This document shows positions 62,491 through 64,000 of a DNA stretch of 64,000 nt, piece after piece; the stretch's first letter is position 1; every line of letters begins with the position of its first letter. This DNA is from Phycisphaerae bacterium (lineage in GTDB: Bacteria > Planctomycetota > Phycisphaerae > WQYP01): assembly GCA_049965755.1 (NCBI GenBank), contig JBMFVY010000003.1:1238-65237 (forward strand). Direction: 5' to 3'. A model generated the notes under the pieces. That model made no database searches. It saw only the letters and a list, made by a program, of their open reading frames with translations, and was not told the DNA's origin. The translations under genes and the position numbers were made by a program.

Positions 62491-62519
62491 AGAATAATCT
62501 GCGTCTGATAAAATGTCAA
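62491..62519 (-). promoter_or_regulatory. candidate sigma70 promoter (TTGACA-17-TATTCT) about 265 nt upstream of the large PEP-CTERM gene
   Basis: Minus strand: TTGACA (plus 62514-62519), a 17-nt spacer, TATTCT (plus 62491-62496). The leader contains a GGCGGC/GCCGCC stem (about 62250-62300). Confidence 0.35.
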
Positions 62520-62773
62520 CAAGAATTCACAAGATTCATTAAATCATCACATTGATTCGCGTTTGCGTTTACATCAGGCCGCCAGATCAACCCTCTGGTC
62601 GCACAGGACGGCTCCGGGATGCGCCGGCTGTTACGTGAAAGAACCATAAGGCCGGGAGGCGAAATAGCAGGCGGCGCCCGGCCGGTTCGCCGCGTCAACA
62701 CCACCGCCATCCGAGGGGCCGACATGGTTACAGCGGACCTTCGCCGCACCAGACCAGATTCCCCACGATAAAA

Positions 62774-63073
62774 TTATTGTTTCGATTCCGCCGACCATTG
62801 GAACGGCAATGCCGGCCATCCGCGTCTGTTGAACAGGTTGGGAACAGCGATATCACTCCATGCGAACCGGACCATTTCAGGATGTTTTACCGCCGGGGAT
62901 GAAACGATCACGGTCCGGCCGTGAATCTGAGCCTGCGCGGACTGGAAGCGGCCATTGCGGCCGGCAATTTCAAAATCATCGGGTGTACCGCCCTCTTTCA
63001 CCGACAGGCCGCCGAAGGTGTGCATGAAATGTACGATGAATCGACCCGACTTGATCTGAGCTGATTTCAACAT
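62774..63073 (-). pseudogene. C-terminal fragment of a sialate O-acetylesterase-like (SASA/DUF303) gene, 5'-truncated at an IS630 insertion
   Basis: The 99 aa end in ...VRFAWSDIAVPNLFNRRGWPALPFQ, the conserved C-terminal signature of sialic-acid 9-O-acetylesterases. The reading frame stops abutting the IS630 end. Confidence 0.55.
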
Positions 63074-63085
63074 GGCCCCGGACTA

Positions 63086-63790
63086 GTGTACTGTCCCATA
63101 TTTAGCTTGACATATAGTACGAACTGCGGTATGGTGGTGTCATGGCGAATAAACCTGCATCAGCGTTGTCGTGTAGTCAAGAACAGAGATTGGAACTCGA
63201 ACGGATGGAATCCCGTGGGGCCACGGCCCAGAAGGTCGCGCTTCGGGCGAGGATTATCCTTCGGGCGCACGAAGGGAAAAGCAATTCGGCTATCGCGATG
63301 GAGTTGGGCGTGAGCCGTCCGACTGTTCTGTTGTGGCGTGGGCGTTTCAGCAAGTTCGGAGTGGCGGGGATTCTGCGTGACGCTCCGCGTCCCGGTCGCC
63401 GGAAAGCCATCCCGGCAGAGAAGGTGCAGGCGGTGGTGGAAGCCACGCTCCAGAGCAGACCTCCGGGCGGGACGCACTGGAGCATCCGGGAGATGGCCAA
63501 GGCTCAGGGGCTCTCGCGTATGGCGGTGCAGCGGATTTGGAAGCAGCACCGTCTCCAGCCGCACCGCGTGGAAACGTTCAAGCTCTCACGGGATCGGGAC
63601 TTCGTCGAAAAGCTCCGGGATGTGGTGGGCCTGTACTTGAATCCCCCGGACAAGGCTCTGGTGTTCTCCGTCGATGAAAAGAGTCAGATTCAGGCGTTGG
63701 ATCGCACCCAGCCGGGCCTGCCATTGAAAAAGGGACGGTGCGGCACGATGACTCATGACTACAGCGGATGTTCCATCAGAATTTGATGCT
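63086..63790 (+). mobile_element. IS630-family insertion sequence remnant (5' part only)
   Basis: Carries the transposase fragment 63142-63786: HTH N-terminus and ...LVFSVDEKSQIQALDRTQPGLPLKKGRCGTMTHDY. Homology breaks where the conserved KRHGTTTLFAAL block should follow, and no frame restores it. Boundaries are approximate. Confidence 0.7.
63142..63786 (+). pseudogene. IS630-family transposase, N-terminal 214-aa fragment (truncated at about 63770)
   Basis: See the mobile element above. The ORF ends ...THDYSGCSIRI* instead of continuing into the DDE catalytic core. Confidence 0.7.
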
Positions 63791-63816
63791 TCGCAGGGCC
63801 ATATGAGGCCGTAAAA

Positions 63817-64000
63817 TCAACGGTTTTTGCGTCTCGACGGCAGCTTCTTTCTCGTGGCCACATGGACGCCTCGATGGGGAAGCACGGCAGGCAGGGTGAC
63901 CTGTGCCTTTTCCAAAAGACACCGCACCGATTCATGCGGCTTTGGGATGCAGTTGCACAGCGGCCTGCCTTTGATCACCAACTGCATCATGCAGAGCGTT
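63817..64000 (-). CDS. 3' end (C-terminal ~60 aa) of an unidentified minus-strand ORF running off the window
   Basis: Open frame reading ...MMQLVIKGRPLCNCIPKPHESVRCLLEKAQVTLPAVLPHRGVHVATRKKLPSRRKNR*, with stop at 63817-63819. Possibly a second mobile-element gene. Identity not established. Confidence 0.3.
   Translation of the reverse strand, partial: TLCMMQLVIKGRPLCNCIPKPHESVRCLLEKAQVTLPAVLPHRGVHVATRKKLPSRRKNR

Noticed and set aside
62316-62555. 79-aa ORF in the PEP-CTERM leader region
   Set aside because: Low-GC segment with poor coding statistics, overlapping a predicted minus-strand promoter. No homology recognised.

Overview
The window is a GC-rich (~60%) bacterial chromosomal segment, densely coding on both strands, with about 55 protein genes and three tRNAs. 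Its content is consistent with a Gram-negative (diderm) envelope: two PEP-CTERM exosortase-substrate proteins, PqiABC and AsmA/TamB-like lipid-transport genes, an LpxL-family acyltransferase, a PPi-dependent phosphofructokinase (PFK) and a futalosine-pathway radical SAM enzyme. A PVC-group or Verrucomicrobia-like origin is plausible but unproven.

Main gene content, in order:
- 1-5380: six tightly overlapping minus-strand genes, conserved but uncharacterized as a group: zinc-ribbon TM protein, polytopic membrane protein, DUF4129-like, DUF4350-like, MoxR AAA+ ATPase, DUF58.
- tRNA-Gly(TCC), a gamma-carbonic-anhydrase-family protein, tRNA-Lys(TTT).
- Sulfate activation (cysD, cysNC), a Bax-inhibitor-1 family protein, purE-purK.
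- A two-TM ion-channel-like protein with an unusual TLGIGD selectivity filter.
- NUDIX hydrolase, DprA, AroB, a TlpA-like thioredoxin, an FAH-family hydrolase.
- The SOS mutasome cassette imuA-imuB-dnaE2, with a candidate operator of tandem direct repeats plus an inverted repeat over a perfect TTGACA -35.
- An envelope-lipid block: LpxL-like acyltransferase, a sodium:solute symporter, pqiA-pqiB-pqiC(ymbA-like) and a 1448-aa AsmA/TamB-like protein.
- MqnC/MqnE-like radical SAM enzyme; a hypothetical membrane protein next to a SUFU-domain protein (possible orphan immunity protein); rpsU.
- An AT-rich 600-bp spacer with a hairpin and T-run, then an ECF sigma / anti-sigma / periplasmic protein / PQQ-type sugar dehydrogenase module.
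- tRNA-Ile(GAT), rhaM, a PEP-CTERM protein, rimO-pgsA-pgpA, a quinone oxidoreductase, hrpB.
- PPi-PFK, a PfkB-family kinase, acnA; a Fur-like palindrome nested in a 12-bp inverted repeat upstream of a SYLF lipoprotein gene; an Amidase_2/PGRP-family protein; a second large PEP-CTERM protein.
- A mobile-element scar at the 3' end: a C-terminal sialate-O-acetylesterase fragment, a truncated IS630 transposase and the tail of another minus-strand ORF.

No CRISPR array and no rRNA were seen. Many long antisense ORFs in the track are GC-driven artefacts.
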